NCBI GenBank assembly: GCA_000320545.1
Contig: ADNK01001596.1
Coordinates: 65,633-129,632, forward strand
Origin: Bigelowiella natans CCMP2755
Taxonomy: Eukaryota > Protista > Cercozoa
Direction of reading: 5' to 3'
Length of the DNA stretch: 64,000 nt
Below the pieces are notes generated by a model that made no database searches, was not told the origin of the DNA, and worked only from the letters and a program-made list of their open reading frames with translations. How positions within the stretch are numbered: the stretch's first letter is position 1; each line of letters opens with the position of its first letter. The position numbers and the translations under genes are program-made. This document shows, piece after piece, positions 32,430 to 44,535 of the stretch.

Positions 32430-34139
32430 TTACATAAATGGATTTCCCCGCGGACCCATCATATCGCCCACGTGTAACCTCCCATCCATGGGGAAAAATA
32501 TTACATGACAAAATCGTTTGACTGTCTTAGAGAGGCAAATAGTGTGGATAACCCTAGGATCTCTTGGTGGGAAGCTTTCCTCCTTGATTTTTTCTTGTGG
32601 TTCTGAGCTACTGGTTGCGCTGTCAAGTGTTGAAGAAGGAGTCTTCTTCGGAGAAGCATGGAATGGAAGCATAGTTCGACAGAACTTAGACAGTCTTACT
32701 ACAGCCATTAATGCCCCAATCTTGCCATTTTTAGCATTTGGGGGCTGGAACTGAGGTTCCATACATACCCCCACCATCTTCAAAGCTTCTGCAGCACTTA
32801 CTCGCACTAACTTCTCGAAACTTGACGTTCTTAGGACCTCCCTAAGCTCGGCAGTCATGTTCGCTGTTCTAACTCGCAAGGCGTGGTCTTCGTTGCTTTC
32901 TTTTACGTCTTCTAAATCGCGGCGGTACCACTCAGGCAGTATATAATTAGAGTATCTAAATCTTTCAAACTCTTTAGCTTTTACTTCATTTCCCCCGCAA
33001 TTAGATCGACGAGATTGATCTTCGAATTCCCCCTTTCCTTCCTTAGCGCCACTTGCTGCCAGACTTTGTCTTGTATCCATAACTTGCAATACTTCCAGGA
33101 GGAAGTTTGACAGGTCAGCTGCGGCAAGAGGTTTCTTGACAAAGTTTCCCTTCCGCTGAATCACGCGGGCCACAGACTCCTCGACATGCTTGGCAAGGTT
33201 TTCTAGTCCTGCACCCATAAAATAACGGAGTAGGTTTAACATTTCCTTGCCCGCCTTATCTGCAATCTCCTGATTTTTGGCAGCAATCATAGCCCGTCTC
33301 TCTGCTATTGAAACCCCATTAGGCCCTCCACGCTCACTAATTATTTTGATTATCCTGGCTAAGACCCGAGGGTTCTGTGTCGCTTCTACAACGCTCATGT
33401 TCGCACACAGGCGCTCAAGCTCCGCATCTTTTTTAATAAAATCTTCAAATGCTTTCGGGTCACTCAGTAGCTTCTCGATATCTAGAGTACCTCCCGTATC
33501 TTTACCATCCTCGAATTCCGCAGCGGCGGCTCGTACATGCTCATGGAGCCCATGCCGGTGGAAAATACTCAGAATTACCTTTGTTGTCACGCTGAGAAGA
33601 TCTATGACGAGTACTGCAGTTATAGTTTGGGCAACCCCAGCTATCACAAATTTTTGTAATTTCGAACGATCCTTCTTGTCTTTGCCCTTGAGTTGTTCCC
33701 TTAGGGCTTTCAGATTGAACAGATAATTTATTTTTTTGAATAGACCTTTGGACCCCTCCGAATTAGAATCCGAATGAAGGAAAGTGCTTTCAAGAAGTTG
33801 GATTTCAAGCAATTTATCTCCGGTGGCGATGATTTTCTGAAACTGTCTGCCTAGGGGCGTACCTGCCTCCGCACACTGACCAGTACCAAGTGTATCACCA
33901 AACACACTGTCACCCCCGGAGGAAGTTAAGTGATTTATTCCGTGACGGGCGAAGTGGTATAGACCCTCTAACATGTACGACACCTCAGTACCCCAAGGTT
34001 TTAGATTGAGATAAATGTAATATGTTCCCATTCCGGTAGCAGCTAACGAGATCGCTACTTTGTTTCTTTCGAGAGCAGTTGAAACTTGCGCGTAGCTCTC
34101 CTTCATGGCCTTAAGCGTATTCGGGAAAAAGTTCTGCAT
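32430..34139 (-). CDS. PEX3: Peroxin-3-like membrane protein (single exon, 569 aa)
   Basis: N-terminal basic motif + TM ('ERNKVAISLAATGMGTYYIY'), 'RQFQKIIATGD', 'LREQLK', 'QTITAVLVIDLL..TKVILSIF', 'ELREVLRTSSF' follow the Pex3 helical pattern. Confidence 0.6.
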   Translation of the reverse strand: MQNFFPNTLKAMKESYAQVSTALERNKVAISLAATGMGTYYIYLNLKPWGTEVSYMLEGLYHFARHGINHLTSSGGDSVFGDTLGTGQCAEAGTPLGRQFQKIIATGDKLLEIQLLESTFLHSDSNSEGSKGLFKKINYLFNLKALREQLKGKDKKDRSKLQKFVIAGVAQTITAVLVIDLLSVTTKVILSIFHRHGLHEHVRAAAAEFEDGKDTGGTLDIEKLLSDPKAFEDFIKKDAELERLCANMSVVEATQNPRVLARIIKIISERGGPNGVSIAERRAMIAAKNQEIADKAGKEMLNLLRYFMGAGLENLAKHVEESVARVIQRKGNFVKKPLAAADLSNFLLEVLQVMDTRQSLAASGAKEGKGEFEDQSRRSNCGGNEVKAKEFERFRYSNYILPEWYRRDLEDVKESNEDHALRVRTANMTAELREVLRTSSFEKLVRVSAAEALKMVGVCMEPQFQPPNAKNGKIGALMAVVRLSKFCRTMLPFHASPKKTPSSTLDSATSSSEPQEKIKEESFPPRDPRVIHTICLSKTVKRFCHVIFFPMDGRLHVGDMMGPRGNPFM

Positions 34140-34817
34140 GGTAACTGCAACAACTCTTCCGGTTGAACGGATCCCCCCCCCCCCTTAAATCGAAGCTTTG
34201 GAAAAATCCCTTTTTCCGCCGTCCTGCTGAGGTCCTGGGTGCGAGGTAAGCGGATTCGAAACTAAATTCCTCTGTCGTACAGTTTATTTTTAGAATGCGA
34301 CATCAGAATCTCCATGTCTCACATGAAATTCCAACTGTTCACCTTATGCCACAGCTGCATAGTTGTCGCAGGGGATAATTCGATTGCATTGTTTCTTCTT
34401 CATTCATGAGCACTTCTACCACGAGAAATGCCACGTGCCCGTCGGAAAAAGGACGATAGAAATCCAAAAATCCAGCGGAGAACATCGTACGGGTTGCATC
34501 GATGGAGGCCTTCATCAAGGCTCGCCGTTGTGCTCGGGATAGCTTTTGGCGGGAAGCGAGTATGGTACATCTTTCGGATGGTCTGTATGATGTTGCGACG
34601 GGTCGTATAGGTTGTCGCAGCCCGTAATTAGGGCTCTTTTTGCGAGGAAGAAAGATCATGTAATATCATCCCCGTGCTGTCTCATTAACCGGTAGCGACG
34701 AACCGAACCACTCGGGGTAGGAGCATAAGGGCAACCTTTCCCTCCTGTCCTCCTGAATTGGCAGGACTCCTTCGTGGATATAAGGAGAGGGGTACCTACC
34801 TTCCTTTCGTAATAAAT

Positions 34818-36171
34818 ATGGAGCAGAAGGAGGACCTTCGGGAGCCACTTGCCCGGGGGCTCTGGAAATTAGCGAGGAGATGTACGGACGCGGAATGGAA
34901 GCTGAAGCGACGATCTCATCTAGTGAGGGCTATAGTCACGATATCTCTCCACAAAGAGCCCTTGCGTTCGCTTCGTCAGGTTGGCCAGTTATACAAAATC
35001 GGCAGTGTGGTCTTAGAGCAGCTCCAGGCGCTCCTTAAGACACGTCACTGCAGCAACGGTAGGCCTCGTCGTAGTGGCCCTTTGTTGAATCTTGAACCCC
35101 TCAACGAGACGCAGTTTTGCAGTGCTGCATTAGCTATACTAGTCTGTCTTTATGAATGGAAATCGAGAGAAATCGAGCGAGATCTGTGTTCTTCTTCCTC
35201 CTCCTCGAAGACTCGTCACGAGTATCTTTTGGCACTGGAAGAACTCTGTGACGGCACTCTCCAAAAACGCTTGCCGGGGGAGCAGGGAGGCCTTCTCAAC
35301 GTATCTAAACATGTCAATGGAGCTCCCTGTGGATGCTTAGATCAGCTGAAGACCATGGCAACAGGGACTTGGGATAGCGGGGGTGAGAAGCTCATCAAGC
35401 TGCGGAAGAGAAACAAGAAAACTGTGTTGGAACTCCTCCCGGCAGGAGAAAGAATAGCGTCGCGACTTGTCTCTGAGCGACGGAGAGTTATGCAGAGAAA
35501 ACGGGAAGGAATGGCCACAGGCGTAAACGAAGGAGTGCTGAAGATTGCGTCACAGAATCGATTTGGCCCTCTTATTGATTTCAAAGCCCCCCCCCCTTCC
35601 TCGTCGTCGACCACCTCTTTTGTGAAGTTGCTCGTCGACACGCGTGAGGGGGGTGGAGAGGACCACCATCTTTACGAAATATCGGCGAAGCTGAAGAGGA
35701 TGAGGGTTAGCTTTGAGACCCGACGCTTGCCAACTGGGCTAGGTGACTACGTGTTTGTTGTGAAATCCCGTCGTGGCGCTGCAGCAGCAGGCAGGGGAAA
35801 AGAAGAAGAAGAGGAGGAGGAGGAGGAGCTTGTCCCCATCATCATTGAACGGAAGACGCCGGTTGGTACATGTAAACTCTCCCATCATTTTCATCTGCCA
35901 AATCATTATTTTCATAAAGCAATCCATCATCATCATCATCGTTGTCGTCGTCGTCGTCGTCATAGTTGTCACCATTTTGAATCGTTGTTATTTCCTCATT
36001 CAACCACCACCAAAGGTGGATCTTTCACAAGGCCTAATGGACGGGCGCTTCGAGCGGCAGGCCGCAGGTGCAGTCAAAAGCACCATTCACTGTGAACACC
36101 ACCACCGGTAGCAGGATCTCATTATCTTGTACTCGGCGAGGGCTGACTACGTGATGATGAGGAGATGTCAA

Positions 36172-36220
<49 letters not shown>

Positions 36221-36798
36221 TCTCTCTTTCGTCCATTCCTAATCCCTAATCGCGCTATAGGCATGCAAAGAGCGATGAAACTGCTCGTGGCTGGGCTGGG
36301 AGAGGCCTCCTCATCCTCCTCCTCCTCCTCCTCCTCCTCCTCCTCCTCCCCCTCCTCGGCGTTAGAACGATTCGGGCTGCAGGAGTACGGAGCACCTGTC
36401 TACTTGCTTCAGGGAACCCCTTCCCCCTTCCAGTGTCCAGCATGCGGCATATCCCGACAATGCCGTGGGGTGGGTGGCTGCGAAAGGAGGGGATTTGCTT
36501 CAATTGAGCGGTTGGAGAGGCAACTCTGCATCATAGAGGAGAAGGATGGCATGGTGCTGGTAAGAATCGCTTCGAGCCTTGAAGCCGTAGCAGGTTACTA
36601 CTGTGTTATACTACTATATGCACGTATGGACAACTGTCATCTGCTCGCTCGACGCTTTATCTGGCACCACCATTCTGATAGTAATCAATAACATTGCCCC
36701 TCCTCTTACACCCCCCTCCAGAGTACCTCGCAGAATTGCATGCACAGCTTTCCCAGCTTCTGGAGGAGGGCCAGTCGATTGGATCGAATCGTAATATA

Positions 36799-36831
<33 letters not shown>

Positions 36832-38443
36832 GTGATGACATTTGAGAGCTCACCTATCAACCCCATGTGCGTACTTCGTGTCTTGTATCCTTTTAGGCTC
36901 CTACCGGCAAATCGTCGATTGTTTAAAATATCGTCGTAGTAGTAGTAATAGTAATAGTAGTAGTAGTAGTAGTATTCCTCAACCTCATCATTCGTGGAAG
37001 GAGAAGGGGAAGGAGGCACAAGTCTCCCATGCAACTCAGGGCACCATCTCAAAGAAGCGTGAGAATCCATCAACCACACAAACACAACAACAACAACAAC
37101 AACAGTAGTAGTAGTAGTAGTAGTAGTAGTGTCTCACTTCTCTCTGTCCCCCTCCCCTAATTTTCCCCATCTTCTGCGTTCTTCCCCATACTTTCACAGG
37201 ACTTTCGCCGATGAAGAGGCGATATCGAATGGTAGGGGAAGGTGGAATTGCAGATGCCGCTGCCACAAGGAAGAAGCAACAAGGGCTTGCCGTCCTTAGT
37301 GTGCGTGGTCCGAATGGTTGTGAGGAGGATAAGGGGGGGTGGGGGGAAGCGGAAGAAAGGAAAACTGCAGCCTATGCTAAGAAAAGGGAGAAGAAGAAGG
37401 GTTTTTGGAGCTGTTCCAGGTAGCGCCTTATGTTGATCGTCAATATAATAATAGGAGTGATGAAAGCTTTTTGGCTTCGAATTTTGGAACTATCATGGTC
37501 GTCATCGTCATTATTATCTTCATCACCGTCGTCACCGTACTCGCCCCTTTTTCCCTTTGATCCTCATATCTGTAACCCACGATGGCGACGGTGATGCTGC
37601 TGCTGCTGCTGCTGATAATGATGATGATGATGATGACGATGTGTGTGTGTGTGAGAGTGTGTGTGTGTGTGTGTGTTTGTTACAGATGTACTTTCATCAA
37701 CAAGCCACTTCACTTGATGTGCGCTATGTGCAATTCTACGCGGCGGAATGTAGAGAAAAACCGGAGTTCATCGACGTTTACGGCATCATCGCCTTCTTCT
37801 CAAGTCAGTGATCATCAGGAAGCACACCTTCAGCAGGAGTCGTCAATATCATCAGCATCAACAACAATCGCAGCAACATCTTCTTCTTCTTCTTCTTCTT
37901 CTTCTTCTTCTTCGCTAATTCGGCAGCGACAGCATGGCCAGAAGCAAAGTAGCAGCGACAGCAGTAGTAATGCCATCGTAGTAATAGATTTGGTGGGGGA
38001 GGAGGAGGAGGAGGAAGGAGATCCTCCAGCTACAAAGCCAACATCCGGACGTGCTGATTCTGACAACTACCCAGATAACAATGCAATGAATGCTAAGTGC
38101 AGGAGCGAGCAAATTGACGACGGCAACGACGACGAAAGACTCGCAAAATTGCCAACCACCAGAGGAATCAAGGCCAAGGTATTGACGACGAGCAAGAAGA
38201 AAACAGCATCGATGATGACAGCAGCCCTGAGAGATCAAAATGAAGGAGGAGTAGGAGGAGGAAAGGCGGCTCCAAAGACGAAACAGCCGATTTGCGGCAT
38301 TGTCAGCATCATCAGCAGCAGTGATGACGACGATGATGACATTCTTATGAGCATCAGGCAACAGAATCTTCTTCTTAAGAGTCGTAAAAAAGCAGCCACC
38401 ACCAATTCGAAGAAGAAGACGACGTTCACCGCCAAAACAGCAA

Positions 38444-38482
<39 letters not shown>

Positions 38483-38550
38483 ACAGTAGCACAAGATCTT
38501 CCTCTTCGTCGTCGTCGTCGTCGTTGTATAAAGCCACCAGCGCTAAGAAC

Positions 38551-38590
<40 letters not shown>

Positions 38591-39241
38591 GCTCTTCTAC
38601 TGCTACTACTGTCACAAAAACTACTACTACTACTACTACTACTACTTCAAGAACCACCGCTGCTGCTACGAAAGAGAGGAATGTCCAGCAAACGATTACT
38701 TCTCTATTCAGAAGCCAAAAACAAAAGCTATTTTTAAAGGGGGATGCCTCATCATCTACCAAAGAGCGAAGAACAATACGTGGGAATGATCATCAGAGCA
38801 GCAGCACGAAAGCCACCAATCCTACCCTCGCACCATCGTTATCACTGTCGTCATCATCACACTCCTCAAACACCTCGCAGAAGACGAAAAACAAGAAGAT
38901 GGTGTCCATATTGCAGGTGAAAAAGCAGGAGAAGGCACTGGATAGCAGTAGCACGCAGAATAAGAATAATAAGATGAAGAATAGCACCTTTTTCAATACT
39001 ACCACTACTACTGCAGTGAAAGGAGTCTCACGCGTTAGAAAGGCAAAATACAGCATGGGATCTTGCCAGTATAGCAGCAGCAACAAAGACGCTCCTTCCG
39101 GAAGAAGCAGTAGCTTTCTCTTGAGTAAATCCGTAGCAGAGCTTAAACGATTGTGCCGCCAGCGGGGAGAACCAGTCTCAGGTTGTTCTTTTGACAATGA
39201 TGATCATTATGATGACGACGACGACGACGACGGTGATGATA

Positions 39242-39274
<33 letters not shown>

Positions 39275-40338
39275 GTGATGATGAATATCAGGAAGCAAAA
39301 AGGTACTGGTGGAACGGCTGTTAAGGCCTCCGTTGCCTTTCATTCTCCAGAAGCGAAAGAGGGAGAAGCAATATGTCCCTTTGAAGGGCAGCATAAACAG
39401 CGCCATTCTAGTTGAAATGGAAAGGATGCTCGGGACCGCCGCTACAGTGACGACGCCTACTGCTGCTGGATATGATGGTGATAATGATGATAATGCTAGC
39501 AGGGATGAAAACATCATAAGTAATAAAAGCAGTATTATCATTAGTAGTAGTAGTAGTAGTAGTAGTAGTTGTGTAGTGATAATGATAATATCGAGTACTG
39601 ACTAGCGTCACAACTCAGCGACGCCATTATTACCATATGAATCTGTATCATTCTGCGAGTGGGAGAAGGAGCCCTTTCTTCGTTTTCTTGCTCTTTTGCT
39701 ATTGCCGCCACTACCTCGAGGTGATGCTGAAGTTATAACACACCAGGCTTCACGAAGGAGCGGATCATGCAGATAGCGAACGACTCTCCCTTCACATCGA
39801 CTAACGTGTTTGAGAAGAAAACTACGGGCAAGGCAAACTGGTAGAGCTAGAGAGGCAGCTTGCCTAATATTACACACACATATAATTTATATAAATATTA
39901 TATGTGTATATATGTATGTATGTGTATATATATTGTGTGTGTGTGTAACAAGCATTTACGTAATGAGCAGGGGCTACGATGGTTGGTCTGGCGTGTCTCG
40001 CTTATTCCAAACAGAAGACAAAGATAACTACCCCATGCTGGTCCTGACAACTAATTAGCACATCTTCCGTCATATCTATTTTTAGGATGATGCTTAAACG
40101 CTAAGTAGTTACGTCCTCCATCATCATCATCATCATCACTTGATCATGTTGCCTCCCTATTACAACTCACTGTACCTACTACCACCACCCCCCTCAGACC
40201 AAGTGTCGAGGTAAGCCCGTCCGTTACAAGCTGACCCCGTTAGGGAGGAGCATTGGCAGAGCGATTCATAAACATGCTCACGATCTGGGTTCGTGTATCT
40301 GCGATCACTTCGACAACGACGATTATCAGCAGCAATGA
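34818..40338 (+). CDS. MUS81-like ERCC4-domain endonuclease with RanBP2-type zinc finger, SAP domain and C-terminal winged helix (multi-exon)
   Basis: HhH 'PLRSLRQVGQLYKIG'; ERCC4 motifs 'LLVDTRE', 'GDYVF', 'ERKTP|VDLSQGLMDGRFERQ'; 'WSCS|RCTFINKPLHLMCAMC'; 'SVAELKRLCRQRGEPVSG|SKKVLVERL'; 'YVPLKGSINSAILV...YDGWSG...YKLTPLG'. Confidence 0.75.
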
Positions 40339-41007
40339 ATGATGATGAAGATGATGATATCGGTCGTTTTGGTTATGATGCGGTACCTACTGGTCAATGC
40401 CTCAGTCTAGATAGTAATGTTCCACAGCTAGCATGCGGGTTAAAATCGATGTCTCCCTGTCGAATATTTGTTTTATTTGTTAATGAAAAAAGTCTTAGCC
40501 TAGTCTTGCATGTCAATACTGTTACAGGCGCAAGTGTACTAAAAAATGTCAATATTTCAACAAAGAGATAATTACTAATTCATACCTGGGATTAGTTGTA
40601 GCTTAAAACTGACACTACAACTTGTATGACGTGCGATCATCGCATGCTTCAAGCACGTATCCATGTACACACACAATTGAAATTAATGATGACAGTACTT
40701 TGTGCACACATGTAAGCTGAAGCACACCACAAACATGCACACGCACTAGACGCACGCGCACACAGCTCAAGAGCTTTCTAGCTTTACTAGACAAGGAGAG
40801 AGAGAGAATGAGAGGCGCACATGCCCACTAAGACATGCCAGCTAGTCAGATGTGTACATCTAGACATCAAGTCGCATAGATGTGCCCGCTGTGCTCATCG
40901 CGGTGTGCTAGCTGCGTTACATGGTCAAAATGCAAGTAGCTACACTGTTACAACACAGTAAGTGCATTAGCTGATACCAGTAAAAATTCTAATGCAACCA
41001 GAAATAA

Positions 41008-42811
41008 TTATATCGTTACTTCTTCATCCTCGTGTGTACTTTCATAAAGATCTCTATAAGTTCCCCTCTCTATTTTCCCAAGTCTTAAGTCACCCCCGTC
41101 ATTCTGTTCTTCTTTTTCAATTTTATTGTCTGCCTCTACTTTATCCCAACTTTTACGTACGCATCCAAAAAGCACGAGAAGAAGAAAGACTACATGGAAA
41201 CTGAACCAAATTGTTAAAAAGGCTGAGAAGCAACCTCGGTCGACTCTTTGTGAAAGCTCTTCACTTGTTGCATCTCTCACGACAACACTTTCAACGGCGA
41301 CAAATGCAAGAACCAGATTTGTATTGAGAATGTACACATCAACAAATGTTAAGTAGGAAATCAAAGGAATGTGGTCTGAGACTGCAAACTTAAAGGCGAC
41401 CGAAGTAAGAAGCAGAGCAACAACTAAGTTTATGCGGTCGGCTATATTTTCTGGATCAATCAGGAAAGCAGTAGAAGCCAAGGTTGTTATAACAAACAAC
41501 GGTAGTATCACGTTGAGAAAGTAATAAAAAGTAAGTCTCTGAACTCTAGCTTTGAAAACTAGCTTTCCGTTGTCTCCAGAAATGTCCATTAAAGAATGCA
41601 ACATTTGAAATTCAGAACTTACTCTGGGACGGAGTTTTATGTCAATACATCTTCTTGAAACATGTTTTGAGAGCTTCCATCTCCTCGGTGGTGCTGGTAT
41701 AAATTGATAGTCTCCACTATTAACTAGGATGAAAATATGTAAAAGTTGGCGATCAAATGGAAACCTATGAAGTTCCATCTGCTCCTCTAATGTGCCGTGG
41801 TGTTTGTAATGAACATGGACTATCCCAGTAACCGGATTGAAGAACTCTTCGCGTTCAACAAAGGTTACAGAACCTTCTAAAGCGTTACCAAACAGTTTTT
41901 CGGGATCTACGGGTAGTGAGGAGTCTTCTGGGAATACAATAGGAAAATCGCCTAGGACATTGTCGTTCTTTGATTTCAATTTGACCTTCTTCTCCCGTAT
42001 CAAATTTGGCTCATGCCAGAAAATACTTGTCTGGCAAGAAATATTAAAATTCTCGTTCTGGCAACTTATTTGGCTTACCTCTACCTCGAACGTTAAGTAC
42101 GCATTTGCTCGCTGTGTTACTTTGATGCCAGCCTTTTTCATTCCTTTCAAAATACTTTCAAACTCCTTGCAGCGTACCTTTGGATCTCGATCTGCATCTT
42201 CCACGAAATAGTGATGTGTCCCATCACTGAGAGTGTCGCGAAAATTGTCGTATTCCTTAATTGGTCTCGATTTACCACCTGCATTATTAAGATTATTCCG
42301 GAAGGTTATCTATGTTTGCTGGCATATGCAAGTTTAATGTTAAACCCCTTATATTGTGTTGCTTTTCTTAGTAATATTACGTACCTTCTAAGATCTTTCT
42401 GATATCATCCGGAAGTTTGCTCTCATTTGTGTTGACAGGATCCCAGTGGAGATAGAAATTAGAGTCTGCATTATTATATTCTATTCTCCAACATTGAACT
42501 CGAATTCCAAGGTCTAATTCGCCTCTACTGTTGGTAATGCTTCCTATATCTTCATCTCTAGTAAAAAGAATGCTTTCCAGTCGACGTAAATGGCCAAAAT
42601 TTTTAATTCCAAGGCTTCGAAGATCCTCTCGATTCATGAACGCTAGATCTTTCCCGGATACATCATTTTCCCTATCATTTTATTCATCGTACTCATGGTA
42701 ACCCCCACACAAATTTCAATACACATGTCACCTAAATTTCTTGTCATAGTCTTCCTTTGGAAATTGTTGCTTTATTAAATTGGACACATCCAAACAACTC
42801 ATTTGCTTCAT
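41008..42811 (-). CDS. Cys-less pentameric ligand-gated ion channel-like protein with N-terminal SAM domain
   Basis: Exons 42811-42732, 42671-42385 and 42278-41008 are in frame (1638 nt). SAM 'FRENDVSGKDLAFMNREDLRSLGIKNFGHLRRL'; Pro-loop 'MELHRFPFDRQ'; four TMs with 'NVILP', 'DRINLVVALLLT', 'IPLISYLTFVD'. Further 5' exons are possible. Confidence 0.8.
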
Positions 42812-43210
42812 AATTTTCTGTTTACTCTCTGCTTTCTTCTACTTACTATCATCTTTAGACAAAGGCAGTACACTCTTCGTTCTGTTAAACTCTATGACAT
42901 CGCGCCTGCTCTGCTGCCGTCCCTAGGCGACCAGGCTGCATTAGTGCGCCACGTACATCAAGGAACCAAGATACGATATGAAGTTAAATTGAAGCTGAAA
43001 CGCATGGCGATAGATCCCTGCGACGATCATAAAGCAACCGAATTTAGGGAAAACCCCCTGTTGTTCTTGTTCTTTGAGCTGCGTATCTATCCTCGTCGTT
43101 TTCTACGGCCTTTGCTTTGCACGCGCCGTTCCCGCCATTTCCGGACTGGCCGTCTCTTGCCCCGTGACCCTCGATTTATGTCCGCGACCGCTAATTCGAA
43201 GTTTAGGCCC

Positions 43211-43685
43211 ATGGAGGGCGGCGCAGGTAGGATTTTAAATTGATGCGAGACTGTAATGGGCTTCCGATGATGTATTTTGCATGCGCTTGTGATGTTTGAA
43301 TTTCATCAAAAAATAGAGAACATAGGTAGTCTGAACACTCGTTTGATTTAGCATTTATGTAATAGATGTAATCTCAACTACTACGACGTGGAGCTTAGCA
43401 ACAGTCTCAGAATTATTAAGCGATTGGCCAGAGAATCGATCAATGTACCTGGAGGCTGTAGATAGGGATGATGAAATGGGTATTGATGAACAGCTTGAAA
43501 GTGAGACGAGCTCGTCCACAATAGAATCAACTTCAGATGAAGATCAATATTCTGATGGTGATCTGAGCGAGCTATATATAGCCTCCAAAATTCTTGCACG
43601 AGGTGTAATCCTTCAAAGCTACGAAAATTCTCCACAAAGTTGTTTCGCGTCAAAGGAAAGTTGTCAAATGTGCGTTGTCTCCTAA
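43211..43685 (+). CDS. Small acidic hypothetical protein (2-exon model)
   Basis: ATG GAG GGC GGC GCA G|GTAGG at 43211; acceptor TAG near 43365 splices in frame into ORF 43443-43685. Confidence 0.45.
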
Positions 43686-44535
43686 GTTTAGACATAGTGG
43701 TGGAATTTAAAGTTGAGAACCCATTCAAATGATTTACAAAGTATACATATTTTTACACCATTGTAGAAATTGAAACCTTGATCGATAGAAGAATTATCTT
43801 ATCGATCGTAAGAAGGGCAAAACTAGTTCAATTTTCAGTTAAAAAGTGTTTATTAGGCTACAGTACAAAAGTGAACTATAACAGAGGTTTATCTATTTGG
43901 TATTGTTGGATTAAATTCTAATTGGTGATACAAGCGGTTGGTGATTAATAAGAGCAGCTTGATAGTATCAGCAATGCAACAGCTCACCCTCTAAACTAAA
44001 TTAAATATAAATTGTGATAGTGTAAATACCAACAAGTGATAATTCGTCAGTCACTAGCTGTCACATCTAGACATGCAAAATGTGTGCTGTAATATCAACG
44101 CTCATTAGTAGACATTCTATTGTTGTCAAATGCCTAGAACATCTAGACATGTATAGATATGTAAATTTGTATAAATTTTGGCTGCGAATTAGCGCTATCT
44201 AGCTATGCGTTGTGCTGAATGAAGACAACTCTAAAATTACTGCACATCCGAGACATCTGGACATCTTGACATCTGCGATGCCTACATACTCGTACAGTGC
44301 ATACTAGACACATCTAGCTACACACTTACAAAGATACATTACGAGGCGCCACATTTTTCTCAATGCATTTCGGCTGCGCGAATTGACGCAGCCAGCCGCC
44401 ACCAGCGCAATGAAATCATCTTTCCCGAACACAACACTAAATTTTTGATTTACACGTTTGACACACATTTATAAGTTTCCGTACATTTTTAACATGTGCG
44501 CGAATTTCACTTCATCTGTACCTGTATCTTTGGGT

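Noticed and set aside
34339-34848. Minus-strand ORFs in the PEX3/MUS81-like divergent spacer
   Set aside because: No homology cues; more likely promoter, 5' UTR or intron sequence.
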